From Camelus dromedarius (taxonomy: Eukaryota): DNA of 64,000 nt. The position numbers were made by a program, and so were the translations under genes. The stretch spans positions 71,240,001 through 71,304,000 of the forward strand of contig NC_087436.1 of assembly GCF_036321535.1 (NCBI RefSeq), written 5' to 3'. This document shows, in pieces, positions 1 to 13,559 of this stretch (the first letter of the stretch is position 1; each line of letters begins with the position of its first letter). The notes under the pieces are model-generated. The model saw nothing but the letters and a program-made list of their open reading frames with translations, made no database searches and was not told the origin of the DNA.

Positions 1-699
1 CCTGGGGCCGTCTTAATATCCTTCTTACCACACCAGCTATCCAACCAGTGATCCTGAATCAAGCTCTTTCCAGAGGCCACAGGGGCAAGGCAAGCCAGTG
101 GCTGAGACCCTCACGGCACAGCTCACTTCCATCCCCTTCACATACTGGACTTCTGGCAAGTAACTTCTCTTGTACAAGTAGTTATCCAGGTAAATGAAAA
201 TGCCTAATAAACCTGTGGGCCAGATAAATCATTCAGAGATCACCCAGTCATCAAAATTTCTTTCCTTGCTCACATTCCATGATTTTGTAAGAAATAAGTT
301 CAAATCAGTCATGGAGTCGATAGTCTAGAATATATGATAGACTGAAAACAGCATTTAATTTTTAATCACAAATATGGGACTCGAGTTCTGCATATACCAA
401 TTATCTATTCTGAAATTCTGAGAATCTATGGTATCATTATTCACTTCAGTTTCCACAATAAAAGTGGTGATAATCATTGTGATACTAAAGAAAATCTTCA
501 TAAGATTCTTATAAAGATCAAATGAGACAATGCATATCATATAGTATAAAGTGGTATTCACATGTCATTATTACTTACATTATTAGTATTATCATTAGCA
601 CCATCCCCCAGTCAGGTTGTCCAATGGATAGCCACTGTTTTTATCTGCCCAAATCCTTTTCCTCCTCGTGCCTTCTCAACCATCATATATATTCTGGAT

Positions 700-3600
700 C
701 AGTGGGGATGGAAACAATCAACAGAGCACGTTACTATAAAACAGTAATAGTTGGTGAGGACACAGAAGGCCTTTGTGTCGATCAAAGAGTATGTGAGTGA
801 TTCTAACCTGAATACATTTTACTGTAGGGCCAGTGGATACCCAAGAACTTTCTATAGATATTTACAATATTCTAAGGATATATTGAAATGTATATCCTAA
901 GAAGTCATCAGAATACTCAAACTCCCAAATGAGTTTCCTGACTGTGGTACAAAAACTATTATGATACAGAAGACTTGTAGAAGCCATTGAGGCGCTGACT
1001 CCTTAGAAACAGTAATTTTTTTTTTAAATTACTGTATTCCTATCGAGCCATTCAGAGAAAATGATAAACTCAAAGACCTAAAGGATTCAAGAGTGATGAT
1101 TCCTGTCACTTCTCCATTTAACACTTCACTTTGGGTAAGTGCAAAAGGCAGATGGGATTTAAAGAATGATAGTGGGTTTTTATAAAAGTGATAAAGTGGT
1201 GATAATAATTATATAGCTGCTGTTCCAGATATTGTTTGCTGACCTGATCAAATTAACAAAGCCTGCTTCGCATAATGCAGGTTTCATCTGATAAGTGGAC
1301 TGCTTTTTCCCCTCTATTCTGTTAAGACAAGAACACCACTAGCAAACTGTCTTTACTGGGCAGCGCCAGCAGTATACCTGTCATTCTGCCTCAGGAATCT
1401 AACAAATCTCTCTCACACAATCCCACAGCGCACCCTTCTAGTCTACAATACTGAATTCATATTCCTGACGGCTTCTAGAGAGCAAGAAGCAGCAGTTACC
1501 ACAGATGACTTTATAAAACAAATGTGTGGCAGAGACTGAGAAATAAATCCCACAGAAATACATGATCTTGCTACCTCAAGGACTCATTGGTTTAGAGCAT
1601 GTCAACATATTTCTTCCATAGAGAAGGACAAGTTGTTACCTATGGAATACTCAACCACTGAGAAGTAAGAACACCTTCTCAGCCATTCTGACTTTGGAAG
1701 TCACATTTATTACTGACCCACTCTCCACATTATTTTTAAAAGCTGCCGGTTTTGAGGGGCCCAGGGCAAAAAAAGGGGGGTTCTCTTGCTAGCCCAAGGC
1801 ACAGTGCAAGTTGCTCTATTCTTAGTCACTGTGATCAGACAACCAAATAGAATATGAAGAACCCGCACAGACTGGCGTGCCATATAAAGACTGTGGTCAG
1901 TTTCAGTAAGAGAATCACAGCAGAGCCTTTGGGTGTTTTATGGTATAGTAATAAGGCCAAGTACACACAAGCGAAAAACTTTCTTTTTTAAGAAAATAGC
2001 TTCTTCAATCCTGCTGATCTCTGGTGATACTGAATGTCTGACCATGGGATGCCAGGTAACCATGCAATCTATTCTTCCTGAATTGAGTGTTATCTAATTA
2101 ATTTGCTATTTTGACAGGCATATCCAACAGCAGTCCAACTCCATCATTCAACAAAATTGATCATTATATGGGATCAGGTCCTGAAGGCACAAATTGTTGA
2201 TCATTTTGTTCACATGACACCGCATGTGTGCCTGTTCCTAACACTTTCCTGCCTCTCCCCTAATTCACACTAATATGCTCCTGGGAGTTCCTCTTTACTA
2301 ATCAACTAAAGATGAAAAACTTCTAGTCTGTCTTGATACTTCAGCAAGATATACAGAGATTATGCTGAAGTGGACGTGGAAGTGTTAGAGGCCCATTCAA
2401 AGCCAGAGTGAAAAAACAATGAAGAATGATAATTTAGAGTCAGCTGAATTTAATCACTATGCAGCATTTGTGACTTTGTGTGGGAGGATAAACAGTCCAA
2501 GGTTAGGATCTACTTGTCAATTCCTGGGTTATCTACGTAAGTAACCAGAGTCATGGGAAAAAATAAAATTGGAATTTTGGTGACCAAGAAGTTTAAAGGA
2601 AAAGTTGGGATAGAATTTTTGGAATGTAACCATAATCTGAAAATTTCTGTATCCCCTATAAATCATCACTAGACATTTCCTACAGAACAACTTCTCAGTC
2701 AGATGGACAAGATAACTCCTCCTGTACATGTCAGTGATTCTCCTTGTCCAGCCAGCTTGGCAGTGAATAAGACATGGGATCAACAACATGAACTTAACCT
2801 CTTCAAGTCTGGTCTGAATCTCTCCACTGCTGATGGTTCAGTTTGCCAGGTACAGGAGCCATCCCCACTATGATGCCATACATTGACGGAAGATACCCTC
2901 ATAACCTTTTTCACATCACAGCACACATAGTTAATGATAAAACCTGTATGGCATGCTAGAGCAAACAGACAAGAATACTTAGTGCCAAAGGTTGGGGGTA
3001 ATCATTATAACAGCACACCAGTAACCCAATTACAGTACATGTAAGTGCCATGGCAAAGGGAAAGCATCATATTAAAAGGGCCGGTCAGAATGCCTATTCC
3101 ATCTAATTTCACTGTAGAAGATTAAGCAATTGTTCTCACTGAAACAGAAACTTGTTTGGGATTTAGATCTACTTTTATTGCTTAACATAAGTGTTCCTTA
3201 TCATATCTAAATTCCTTACACAACCATTATGTATCTTACATAATAATTCCTCCAACATCCAAGTTCAATTCAAGCAAAAGAACAAGGCAATAGGTTAACA
3301 TTTAAGATTCATATTTTTCCCCCCTATGTACCCAAAAGAATGCCTTTTAAAAAGCTCTATTTCGGAAATAAAACTTTGTGAGACTGAGTTAATCTCTTGT
3401 CTATTTTATGCTATGAACTAGTGACTGTTTCAACAAATGCCAGAATACAAGGTTCATGAACCAAGGAGTTGAATCTTTAAAAATGACACCTCAGTGACTA
3501 AATACCAGTTTCCCCCTAACTCTGTGATTCTGAGTACTACTGATTTTGATTTTTTTAATAACACAGAAAAGAATATTTTGTCAGGAAACACAATAGTTTC

Positions 3601-4060
3601 ATTGTATGGGCAGTTGAAACTGAATGCCCACGTTATTTTAAATTCCTCAATGGCTAAGATGCTTGGTGAATACAAGGAGAATATAGAGTGAATAAAAGAA
3701 ACTATAAATATAAGTTTTGACCCAGAAGCCACTTGAAGAAAACAAGCTTGCAATACTACAAATAAATACTTCTGTAATTTTTCTCACTTATATGGTGAGT
3801 AAAGGGGTATCTTTATTTACCATTTGGTTTATAGGTTACAGAATATTTAGATAATAATATAACAAACCTGGAGGAAAAATAGCTATCACCTAGACTGAAG
3901 AACAGTGACGCCTTAACAGGTATGATTTTAGGATCTCTTCCATTGGGATACAAGAGTACTTGTATCTATGTTCAGGGAATTCCACATTTATATTAGGTAG
4001 GGGAATTTTCAGAATTGTATATATGGTGGGAAGAGGGGCCTTGGAATCAAAAGGCAGAAT
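700..4060 (+). mobile_element. Decayed ERV-L (class III ERV) internal region: protease-RT-integrase-dUTPase remnants
   Basis: 1069-1134 translates LKDLKDSRVMIPVTSPFNTSLW, then VQKADGI*RMIVGFYK, matching ERV-L RT ([38 protein letters not shown]). About 1352-1400 resembles FTWQGQQYTFTVLPQG, about 3130-3290 resembles the integrase core, and about 3570-3650 weakly resembles the post-integrase dUTPase. Many stops and frameshifts; it may extend further left. Confidence 0.85.
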
Positions 4061-4410
4061 CTACTTATTTTTCTATGCTTAGCATATATGAAGGCAACTT
4101 TGACAAACTGCCAATCACAGGACCTTTGCTAAAGCAACCAGATTCCATTTTTACAATTTAATCCTTAGAAGAGACTTAAAATGACTGAAAGCTGATGGAA
4201 CTGACTCATCCAACAAAAGCACTCAGAGAGCACCTCAATGACTCTGCAAATGAATGTCTCAAAGTTGCCTCATTTTTGTAAGTCTAACACTTATGTGTTC
4301 AGTTCTTTGATTCTTTGAACCACACAGGATTTTTCAATTAATTCCTGTTTTCTTCGCTTAAGTTAGTACAGCTATATTCTGTTGTTTGCAGGCAAATAAC
4401 CCTAGGATTA
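4061..4410 (+). mobile_element. 3' LTR of the ERV-L element (LTR16/LTR33-like)
   Basis: Follows a purine-rich PPT-like stretch and ends in gcttaagttagt...ttctgttgtttgcaggcaaataaccctag, the typical ERVL LTR terminus. Confidence 0.6.
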
Positions 4411-4549
4411 AATGCCTGGGAAGTCACAGATCTAACTTGTAAAACCACTCAGAAATTCCTCTCCTCCCTTAATTTCCATTCACAATTATCCTGGGGAGCC
4501 CTAAATCTGAGTTGGGATTAAAGGATATACCAGTCATTCTTAGCCTAGC

Positions 4550-4717
4550 TGTAGAGCAAGAATCCCACACAATGTTTTAACATAACAGATGCTTAGGAAA
4601 TATCCCAGAATTATTAAATAAGAATATTTTGGGATGGAACCCAAGAATTTGTATTTTGTACAAAAAGCTGTGGACCAGTTTGCTGCATATTACTGACTGA
4701 AAGCTACTTGATTAGAT
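4550..4717. mobile_element. MER5-like hAT-Charlie DNA transposon fossil
   Basis: cagatgct...cccagaattattaaataagaat...gggatggaacccaagaatttgtatttt resembles the MER5A core. Confidence 0.6.
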
Positions 4718-5949
4718 TCTTACACTGAAATTTGGAAGCCATAGGACAATTTGGTTGACATCATATTAAAATATATTCAATATCACATTCAAATATATTT
4801 TTCTGTATCTTCAACCACCAATTAATAAATTATTGTAACTTTTAAATTCCAGGAGAGACAGTAAATAATAATTGCCTCTTAAAAGTTAATTTTAGTTGTT
4901 AAAAAATGTTTAAGGAATAATACTCTGTTTTAGAAGATTACTTTCACAGAATAGTCAAGCTCCTGACAAGTAACTTTATAAAGACTTGGCAGAAGCAAAA
5001 ATAAAGATAAAGTGATTGCTCTGAGTACAACTAAAATGATCTTCCATAAATTAATGAAAGCAAAATATAAAATATAAATTAATGAAAAACTAATACAGCA
5101 CTTAACATTATTTTATTTTCATTAATTTTATTCGTAAACTACATCTCTTAATGCACATGTGCACACACTATTTCACTTTGTCGCTGTCTTGTTCTGTCTC
5201 TTCCTCTCTCTCCTGTCACACCAAGTGTGCACTCGTGCACAAACACACATGAGACACTTCTCAACAAGGTAAAGAAATTCCATGAATGAGCTAGTCTTGC
5301 AAGAACTTTATATCACTACATTGTGTGTATAAATCACTGTGGCTCATTTAAGAGATTTTGCCCTCTGCCTCAACCCCTACTCCTTTCCTCTTGACACATA
5401 ACAGTGTATTCCTCTCTACAGTTCAGTCTTTTACCTTTTACCTGATCTTACCATTTTAAGACTCTTTCAGATATCCCCCAGACATGTAGAACACCTTCAG
5501 ACTTTTCACTTTCATAACTGGTATCCACTATTGCATATTCCTACTCTCCCCTCCTATCTCCATCAATCCCAATTCCAAATAGGTAAGGATCAAAAGAATT
5601 ATAACACCTAGTTTGGCAAATGCTAAAAATAATGCTATGTAACTTATAGGTTTGAATATAAAGAAAGGTACAAAGAAGATCTATCATCAAGTAACATATT
5701 TCTTTTCAGGCAGTTATTTTAAAATACTCTGGGGTTTTCAGTAGAATTTAGTATGGGTTAACATTTATTTAAATTATCTCCTGCTGGACAAATAGGTCTT
5801 TCCCTGAAGCAAAGTTTATTGCCTTAGCATATCCGGTGAATTGAAAAGTTCTTCTGTTTCAAGAAGAAATGTTTTTCCCACTATTTTTTATTTATAGTTG
5901 GTACAACTTCCTTATAAATGCTTTCAAATAAATAACAACAGTTCACTTC

Positions 5950-8200
5950 TGGCATGGCTGAGTAGTATCTATCCAATTAACTCTCTTATAATTAACTATA
6001 AACACTAGGCAAAGTAGAAGAAAAAGCTTCCTGAAGTCACTTGACTTCCTGCAAATGCAGGGAGAAACTAGAAGGGAATTGACACTTGGAAGAATAGAAT
6101 GGCACATTGTGAGTCCTGATTTTAAGGCTTTTCTTTCTGAGGTTTGATCCACATGGATGACTGAAACTTAAATGAGAACCTGTAGTTTTACTAGCTCAAA
6201 GAACGAAAGTACTGAATTTGGGCACCACAGCACCTAAAGAGTGGGGATGGGGTTGGGAAGTGGGGGGTGGGGGTTGATCTCAGAATATAGAAAGCTGTAG
6301 ATGGTGACCTCCAAATTCTACAAAGGCACTCTGCTCAAATCTCAGCCTGACCCTTAAACTATGTGTGTTTAGGGTAGACTGTATGCAGTCAGCTAAAACT
6401 AAAAGAAATGAGACTGCATTTTAGAATTTGCTTCCAGTCAAATCCTTTGCCTAAAACAAAGAAAAATAGCAGTTAACACTATCTAGATGACTATAACAGA
6501 ATTCAGAGTCTCTAAAATGTATCCTTCAAAAAGTCCAAGATACATTCAAATTACTAGATATATAAAGAAATAGGAAAACATGATCCATAATCAAGATAGA
6601 ATGCAATTAATTGAGACTGAATCTGAGATGAGTCAGATGTTAAAATCAAATAACAAAAATTATACCATTCCTTAATGATATAAAGACAAACATATTCATA
6701 ATGAATGAACAAGTAAAAATGAAGGAGAACTGAAAAATACTAAATACTAAAATACTAAATACTAAAAAGACAATAAATATTTTTTTTAAATCAAGGGGAT
6801 AGACTTAACATAGATTGGAGACGACAGATTAAGAAGTTAGTAAACTTGAAGACAGATCAACAGAAAATATCTAAGAAGAATGAAGAGAAAAAGATTTGAA
6901 AAAGAAAAGCTTCAGTGATCTCTAAAACACTATCTAAAGGTATAACATAACTATAACTGGATTATGAGAAAAAGTAAAAAGCAAGAAATAATTCAAAAAA
7001 TCATTTTAAGAAATTATGACCAAAAATTTTCAAAATCTGGTGAGTGATACAAATTTGAAAGTTCAGTAAGCACAGTAAATTCCAAACAGGATAAAACAGA
7101 AATACACCATATGTAGGCATGTTATAGTCACACTGCTAAAACCACAGATAATAGATCTTGAAAACAGTAAGAGAAAAATAATATATTTAGGAGAAAAATA
7201 GTATGAAATTATCTCTGACGTCTAACTGAAACAATGGAAGTCCCAAAACAGTGGAATAACCATCACAAAGTGCTACAAGAAAAATACTGTCAACTTTCGA
7301 AATACTTGCAAAATACTGAAAATAGCCCTCACGAATGGAGGCAAGATACAAATATTTTCAGTGAATTAAAAATCTGAGGTGTAAGATAGATCTGCAAGAA
7401 ATACTAAAGACAGTTCTTGGAGCTGAAGGGAAGTAGTAACAGACATTTAGGAAAGAATAATGTTCACCAGAAAGATAAATTATGTGGGTAAATATAAAAT
7501 ACTTTTAGTCTTCATCTTTAAACATGTATGTTTAAAACAAAAAAAATAACAAATGGTGGAGTTCATAACACAGATGTAGGTAATATGTTATAATTATAAC
7601 ATAAAGGAGAGGGGAGTGGTAAATGGGCCTGTGTGATTTCAGGGTTCTTGTATTTTATATTAACTGGTATGATGTTAACTCTAAGTACACTTCAACATTT
7701 AAATATATATATATACACACACATATATATATAACCAGTAAAAGTAAAATGATATAGCTAAGAAGATAATAATTTAAAATGAAATTACATAAAATATTCA
7801 ATTAACCCAGGAGAAGAAAAGAGGTACACAGAGACAAAGAGCAGGTAAGACAAACAGAAACAAATAGTAAAACATAAGACCAACCTCCAACCACATCAAT
7901 AATTAAATGAAATAATTAAATGAAATGTTCCAAACAAAAGGCAGAGATGACAAAAATGAGTAAAAAAAAAAACCAAAAAAAAAACTAGACCAAACAATAC
8001 GCTAAGACAGTTTGAAAGTAAAAGTATCATAAAAGAGACAGCATATATAAAGTGAGTATAAGATAGCTGAGTGCTTTACTAATATCAGATAAAGTAGATT
8101 TCAAGAAAAACAGTAAAATTTGAAAGTTTCATAATTATAAAAATTTTTAATTATTAAGTTTTTTTTAAATTGGGCTTTCTCAATTTATCAGAAAGACATA
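5950..8200 (+). mobile_element. Ancient L1M fragment (5' region, ORF1, start of ORF2), degenerate
   Basis: A-rich strand with recognisable ORF1 passages (gttagtaaacttgaagacagatcaacagaaa; aaattatgaccaaaaattttcaaaatctgg) and an endonuclease-start motif (ctaatatcagataaagtagatttcaag). Confidence 0.75.
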
Positions 8201-9120
8201 AAATCAATTGCTTTTAATTATACTCAAAATTCATTCAGTTCAATGATCCCCCAGGTTTTTTTTCATGGTTTTTAAGTATTCTATTACCTACTAGATAAAC
8301 TATCCTGGCATTAGTTGTCTACTTTCATGGTGTTCATGTTTTATATGTACCGTTTCTGATTTTCAGCTGTTATCTATATGGGTACATACTTGCTATGAGG
8401 TTATACCAAAAAGCCTATATTGGTATTTCTTTGTAAAGTCTCCATACTCACTCAAGAAATGACACTCTTAGTAATCTCCCTAAAGTACATCATTTGTCAA
8501 CCAAATTATTTCCTATAGTCAGTAACTGAAACAGAGTTTCTTTTCTCTTTCACATCTTTCTTTCCATCCAAATTGTGTTTGTGTATATATATGTGTGTGT
8601 ATATATATATATGGGCATATGTTTATACATAAACATACATTCTTATTTTTAAATGCACATTTCATCCATATGTGTCCTTCTAACCATATTGAAATTAAAA
8701 TTCATACTCAAAAATATTGACAAAGGACAAGTTGCAAAGACAAATCAAGCAACAGAAAACAAGAATCCTGTTCTCCTTTAGTTCTCTAATTTTTAAAAAT
8801 TAATCATATGATTACTGCAATAAAAGAGAGGAATAATCTGACTTATTTTTCAAATGTTTTCAAGTGTTAAAATAAGCGAATGAGAGAAAGAAAAAAAGAG
8901 AGAGAGAGAAGCAACTGGACAAATACCCAGGGCACCATTACAACATTTCTATGAGCCAGTCACAAATTAAATAGTAAATAACTTTTCCAATACTCTACAT
9001 CTATTAGGTTTGAACCTAGAATTCAAACACAGGCAGTCTGACTTGAGAGCCTGCCCTTTAAATCCACTGTACCATTTCATGAAAAATAGTGAAAATAAAA
9101 TCAATACAAACACTGTGATG

Positions 9121-9890
9121 TGATAAATACTAGAGAGCGTGTTGAGAAAAGGGAATACTTTTGGTGGGACTGTAGTTATACTGTTGGTGGGAATGTAGTT
9201 TGGTGCAGCCATTTTGGAAAACAGTGTGGAGAGTCCTCAAAAAAAAAAAACAGACTTACCATATGATCCAGCAATCCCACTCCTGGGCATATATATGGAG
9301 GGAACTTTAATTCAAAAAGATATATGCACCCCAATGTTCATAGCAGCACTATTTACAATAGCCAAGACATAGAATCATGTCCATCAACAGATGACTGGAT
9401 AAGAAAGCTGTGGTATCTTTATACAATGGAATACTACTCAACCATAAAAAAGAATAAAATAATCCATTTGCAGCAACATGAATGGATCTGGAGATTGTCA
9501 TTCTAAGTGAAGTAAGCCAGAAAGAGAAAGAAAAATACCATATGATACCTTATGTGTGGAATCTAAAAAAAAAGGCAAATGACTTATTTACAGAACAGAA
9601 ACAGACTCACAGACATAGAAAACAAACTTATGGTTACCAGTGAGGAAATGGGGTGGGAAGGGATAAATTGGGAGCTCGAGATTTGCAGATACTAACTACT
9701 ACATATAAAACAGATAAATAACAAATTTATACTGTATAGCACAGGGAACTATATTCAATATTTTATAGTAATCTATAATGAAAAAGAATATGAAAATGAA
9801 TATACGGATTCATGTATGACTGAACTATTCTGCTGTATACCAGAAATTGATTCAACATTGTAAACTGACTATATATACTTCAATAAAAAA
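9121..9890 (+). mobile_element. 5'-truncated lineage L1 (ORF2 end + 3'UTR + polyA)
   Basis: catatgatccagcaatcccactcctgggcatatat etc., A tail, and TSD aaacactgtgatg (9108-9120) / aaataccatgatg (9891-9903). Confidence 0.92.
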
Positions 9891-10309
9891 AAATACCATG
9901 ATGTTTTTAAGGGTCCATAATGAAGCAGATCCTTGGTACAGTGAACCAGCATGTCTTTTTTGAAAATCTTATTCAACAGCACACCTATTTGAAAAATAAG
10001 GTGAATGATAGAAATACAATAGGTGGTTGACACATCAGAGTTCATTTAGCAAAATGAAAACTCACTTATTAATAGCTAATGCTATGCAGAATCTCAAGAA
10101 CCTTTTTATTTCTGGCTGTTAAAGGAGTTTTAGAATAAGAAAGCTATCTAATTTCTTAAGGTTAATAGATTTTATCAAGATAGAAATTACCAATTAGAAT
10201 TTCTTTTTAAATTCTGAGTACATTCCCTTTAGAGGACTAAATCTATTAACTGATATAAAGTATTAGATAACTAAAATTCATAAGATATTTACACGTTAAA
10301 AGATGCTTC

Positions 10310-10815
10310 TCATATGAAACATTTTATTTAATCCATATAACAAGTATGTGAAGCAGGCATCCTCTGCTATTAGACCCATTTTGTAGACCATGAAACAGGT
10401 CTACAGACGTTTAGTCCTGCTCCCCAGCTACATGACTGGTAACTGTAAGAATCAGAGCTGTTCTTCGAAATAAACTCACAGACATAGAAAACAGACTGTG
10501 GTTACCAGGAGGAAAAACGGAGGGGGAGGGATAGACTGGGAGTTTGGGATTGACAGATACACATGACTGTATGTGAAGTGAGTAAGTGGCAAGGTCCTAC
10601 TGTACAGCACAGGGAACTATATTCAATTCCTTATAATGAGCCATAATGGAAAAGAAACTGAAAAAAAATGTATGTATGTGTATGTATAACTCAATTGTTT
10701 TGCTGTACACCTGAAACTAACATTGTAAGTCAACTACACGTCAATAAAAAAGAATAATAAAAAGAATTAGAGCTGTTACTAAGCTTGTGATCCGAAAGCC
10801 ATACTCAGTCACCTA
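10310..10815 (-). mobile_element. MIR fossil interrupted by the L1 at 10463-10761
   Basis: cccattttgtagaccatgaaacagg matches the MIR core in reverse; MIR-like sequence resumes after the TSD. Confidence 0.55.
10463..10761 (+). mobile_element. Short L1 3'UTR insertion
   Basis: actcacagacatagaaaacagactgtggttacc...cagcacagggaactatattcaat...aataaa plus A-rich tail; TSD aagaatcagagctgtt (10447-10462) / aagaattagagctgtt (10762-10777). Confidence 0.9.
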
Positions 10816-10831
10816 TCTTTGTTACTTCTTT

Positions 10832-10985
10832 TATTTATTTATTTATTTATTTATTCATTTATTTAAAGTTTTTTTTGGGGGGGGATTTTGTTTGTTTGTT
10901 TGTTTATAGAGGAGGTACTGGGGATTGAATCAGGACCTTGTACATGATAAGCATGCATTCTACCACTTGAGCTAAACCCTCTCTC
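10832..10985 (-). mobile_element. tRNA-derived SINE, camelid Vic-1-like
   Basis: Minus strand: gagagagggtttagctcaagtggtagaatgcatgcttatcatgtacaaggtcctgattcaatccccagtacc (A and B boxes), (AAAC)n/(AAAT)n tail, TSD ttgttacttcttt (10819-10831) / ttgttatttcttt (10986-10998). Confidence 0.85.
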
Positions 10986-13019
10986 TTGTTATTTCTTTTA
11001 TCATTAATAATTACAAAAATAAAAAATACCTTCTACAAATAATGGCATCACAAACCAGGTACTATTCAACTGTGTACTTCTGTGTTTGAGTCTCCTAAGT
11101 AACACTAGGCTGTCACGTCACCAAGGACACTTTGAGAAAGGGAATCAGGCTTGAGGTGCGTGTTGGGGTTGTCATGGATGTGTCTTCTCTCACTCTAGCT
11201 TTAGTGCACAAGGTTAGTTAGCAAGAAGAGGCACCTGCAGTTTTGGGGTGAGCTTGCTATGGTGAACACAGTACTATCAAAATTTCCCCTTGAAAGTAAC
11301 GTGAAGTTTGGTGCCCACGGCAACTTCAGTGCTACTGGTCAAAACACAAAGGGGTCTGTCTCTCCCTAGTTGATTAAAAGGCTCAGACTCAAAAATGCTA
11401 TTTATTGTTGTCCTATAGTAGATAATTAACGAAAGATGAAGAAAGCCGCTTTTTTTGCAAGTTCCTAAAGAATGTTATTTAGCAACATCAGACACTGAAG
11501 AAGTAATTTTCTAACATCAAAGAATAAAAGCATAAATCCAGGTAATTACCAGGTAATTACTGGCAGCCAATCTGTCTGTTTGTTAGTGAGATAGAAAATA
11601 ACTGAAAACATATTATTCAGTCCTGAAGAAATGAGCTGTTCTTCATATATAAAAGACAGTATTAACATCCACCTTTGAACAGTACCCATTCTGAGGTATA
11701 TTTTTCATTTTGCAGTAGAAATTATGGTTCTGCTCTGTCTAAACCCTATCACCCTGCTCCTACTTCTCTGTGACAAATGAAAATAATATGTAAGGTATCA
11801 AGCCGAGGCCAGGAATACAAGCAGTGTTCACCGAAGAGATTCTAAGTGATTTGTCCATTAGGGTGCACGGTCTTATTTACAGCTGGCATTAAGCAACTCC
11901 AAATTTCATTTTTAAATGAAGGAGTAAAGGAGAGGAGGGAGGGACAGAGGGATTGAGGGGCAGAAGGATTGAGGGAGAGAGGAAAGGAAGGGACAGAGGC
12001 CATTCTTAAATAAAAGCAACTGGGGTATTTTGTTTAATCATACATTTACAACAGATAAGACAGACACAATTCTACAAGCATCTTCTCTACTGGAGAATAA
12101 CAACATTTCCCTTAATGGCCTTCCTCCCTGTGAATTTATAACTGTTTTTGGAAGGGAGTAGTATATCAAAAAGAAAGACTTGCAGTGTTTGTATCTGGAT
12201 AAATTATAAGAACAGCTCTCCTAAACTTATTTATGCTCCACCAATGACAAACTCATCCTCAGCTCCTTGGACAACAAAGCCAAAAACAGAATTCTCGGGC
12301 TGGTCAACAGGCATCACCATAAGAAAGAATTTGGAAGAGAGGGAGGGGAAGAGAGGAAGGAAGTTAGGGAGGGAGGGAGGAAGGAGGGAAGAAGGAGAAG
12401 GAAGGCTAAACAAAGGACCTTACCAATAAAATACACAGTGGATGGAGTCAGCCCACTCATGAGCTGATCAATGAGTCTATTTTCTCCTATGAATTAGTCA
12501 AATGGACAGAGTGTTAAATTATTTAATTGGCCACTCTTGCTTTTAAAAACAACAAAGTCCTGAATGCCATTCCAGTATGGATCTTTCCCAACAAAGCACT
12601 AGTTACAATCAAACTATAAAGGAATATTGTGAACTTAAAAAAAGCACCATGAAATAAAGCCTAGAAATGCTACATGAAATATAAACAACAGTCTTTTAAA
12701 TTAAAACTTGACCTTGCAATAAAGAAAATAAAGAAGGAACTGAAAAGCTTTTTTGAAGTGTCAGCCTCATTAAGCGGCCAGGTGAGGAAGGATGCTAAGG
12801 CAAGGTGAGAGGGTTTAGGGGGAGCAGGAAACCTCAGTTAAAACCTCAAACAGGAGTATAGATTTTAATACTTAAAGGAGGGGAAGACAAAAAGGTTAGG
12901 GCACAGACATTCTCGGATACTCAGATCATTGAAATACTCACCAATTTGCAAATAGAATACTATTAGAAACCTTTCCATCAGCATAGGGAGAAATAAAGAT
13001 GCTTCTCAACAGTGAATGC

Positions 13020-13559
13020 TGGTGTAACAAATCCCACTGCCAGCTTGCTGTGTCACAGCTGTAACTGCAACTGGGAGCTTAGACCCAAGGCCACTGATCA
13101 TGCCATGTGAAGGGCTGGTGCTCTCCCAACCTCCAACCCACAGCTGACAGTCTAGACCTGGAACCAAAGTCCTGCTGTGTCATACTGTTATTGTACTTGA
13201 CCCAGGATCATGCCAGAAGAGGAACTGGCCCTTCACTAATCATGCAGCTTGAAAGCACCAAAGCCCAAATACAGAGAGCCATCTCCCAAAGTCTGTCACC
13301 AAGATCTCTGAGAGTTACGTGTGTTACCCTACGATGCGGTGGACAACAGAGGGTCTATGTCCCCACCCCCAGTGCTGCCTTCCCCATGAGTTTTCCCTAA
13401 TGTGCACTGCCCCAGTAACTTGTGTGTGTGCTAACTGGCCATTGATCCTGGTCAGCCTAAAGGTCTTTCAACTTTTAAACAGTTGTATTAGAAAAACATG
13501 TATACATTTCTCTCCTGTTCAAGTCACTGCATTCTAAGGTCTCTTGCTGCAGCAGCTTA
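13020..13559 (+). mobile_element. MLT1 (MaLR) LTR, interrupted near its 3' end
   Basis: 3' motif tgttcaagtcactgcattctaaggtctcttgctgcagcagctt; the terminal ctaactaata reappears at about 14090-14099 after the nested LTR. Left boundary uncertain. Confidence 0.55.

Noticed and set aside
6735..6770. Short tandem AAATACT repeats
   Set aside because: Slippage within an old L1; no spacer structure.
10905..10985. tRNA-like sequence
   Set aside because: It is the head of a SINE with tail and TSD, with a damaged B box; not a tRNA gene.
12148..12467. Overlapping ORFs with charged low-complexity peptides
   Set aside because: Produced by a GGAA/GGGA purine-rich low-complexity tract.
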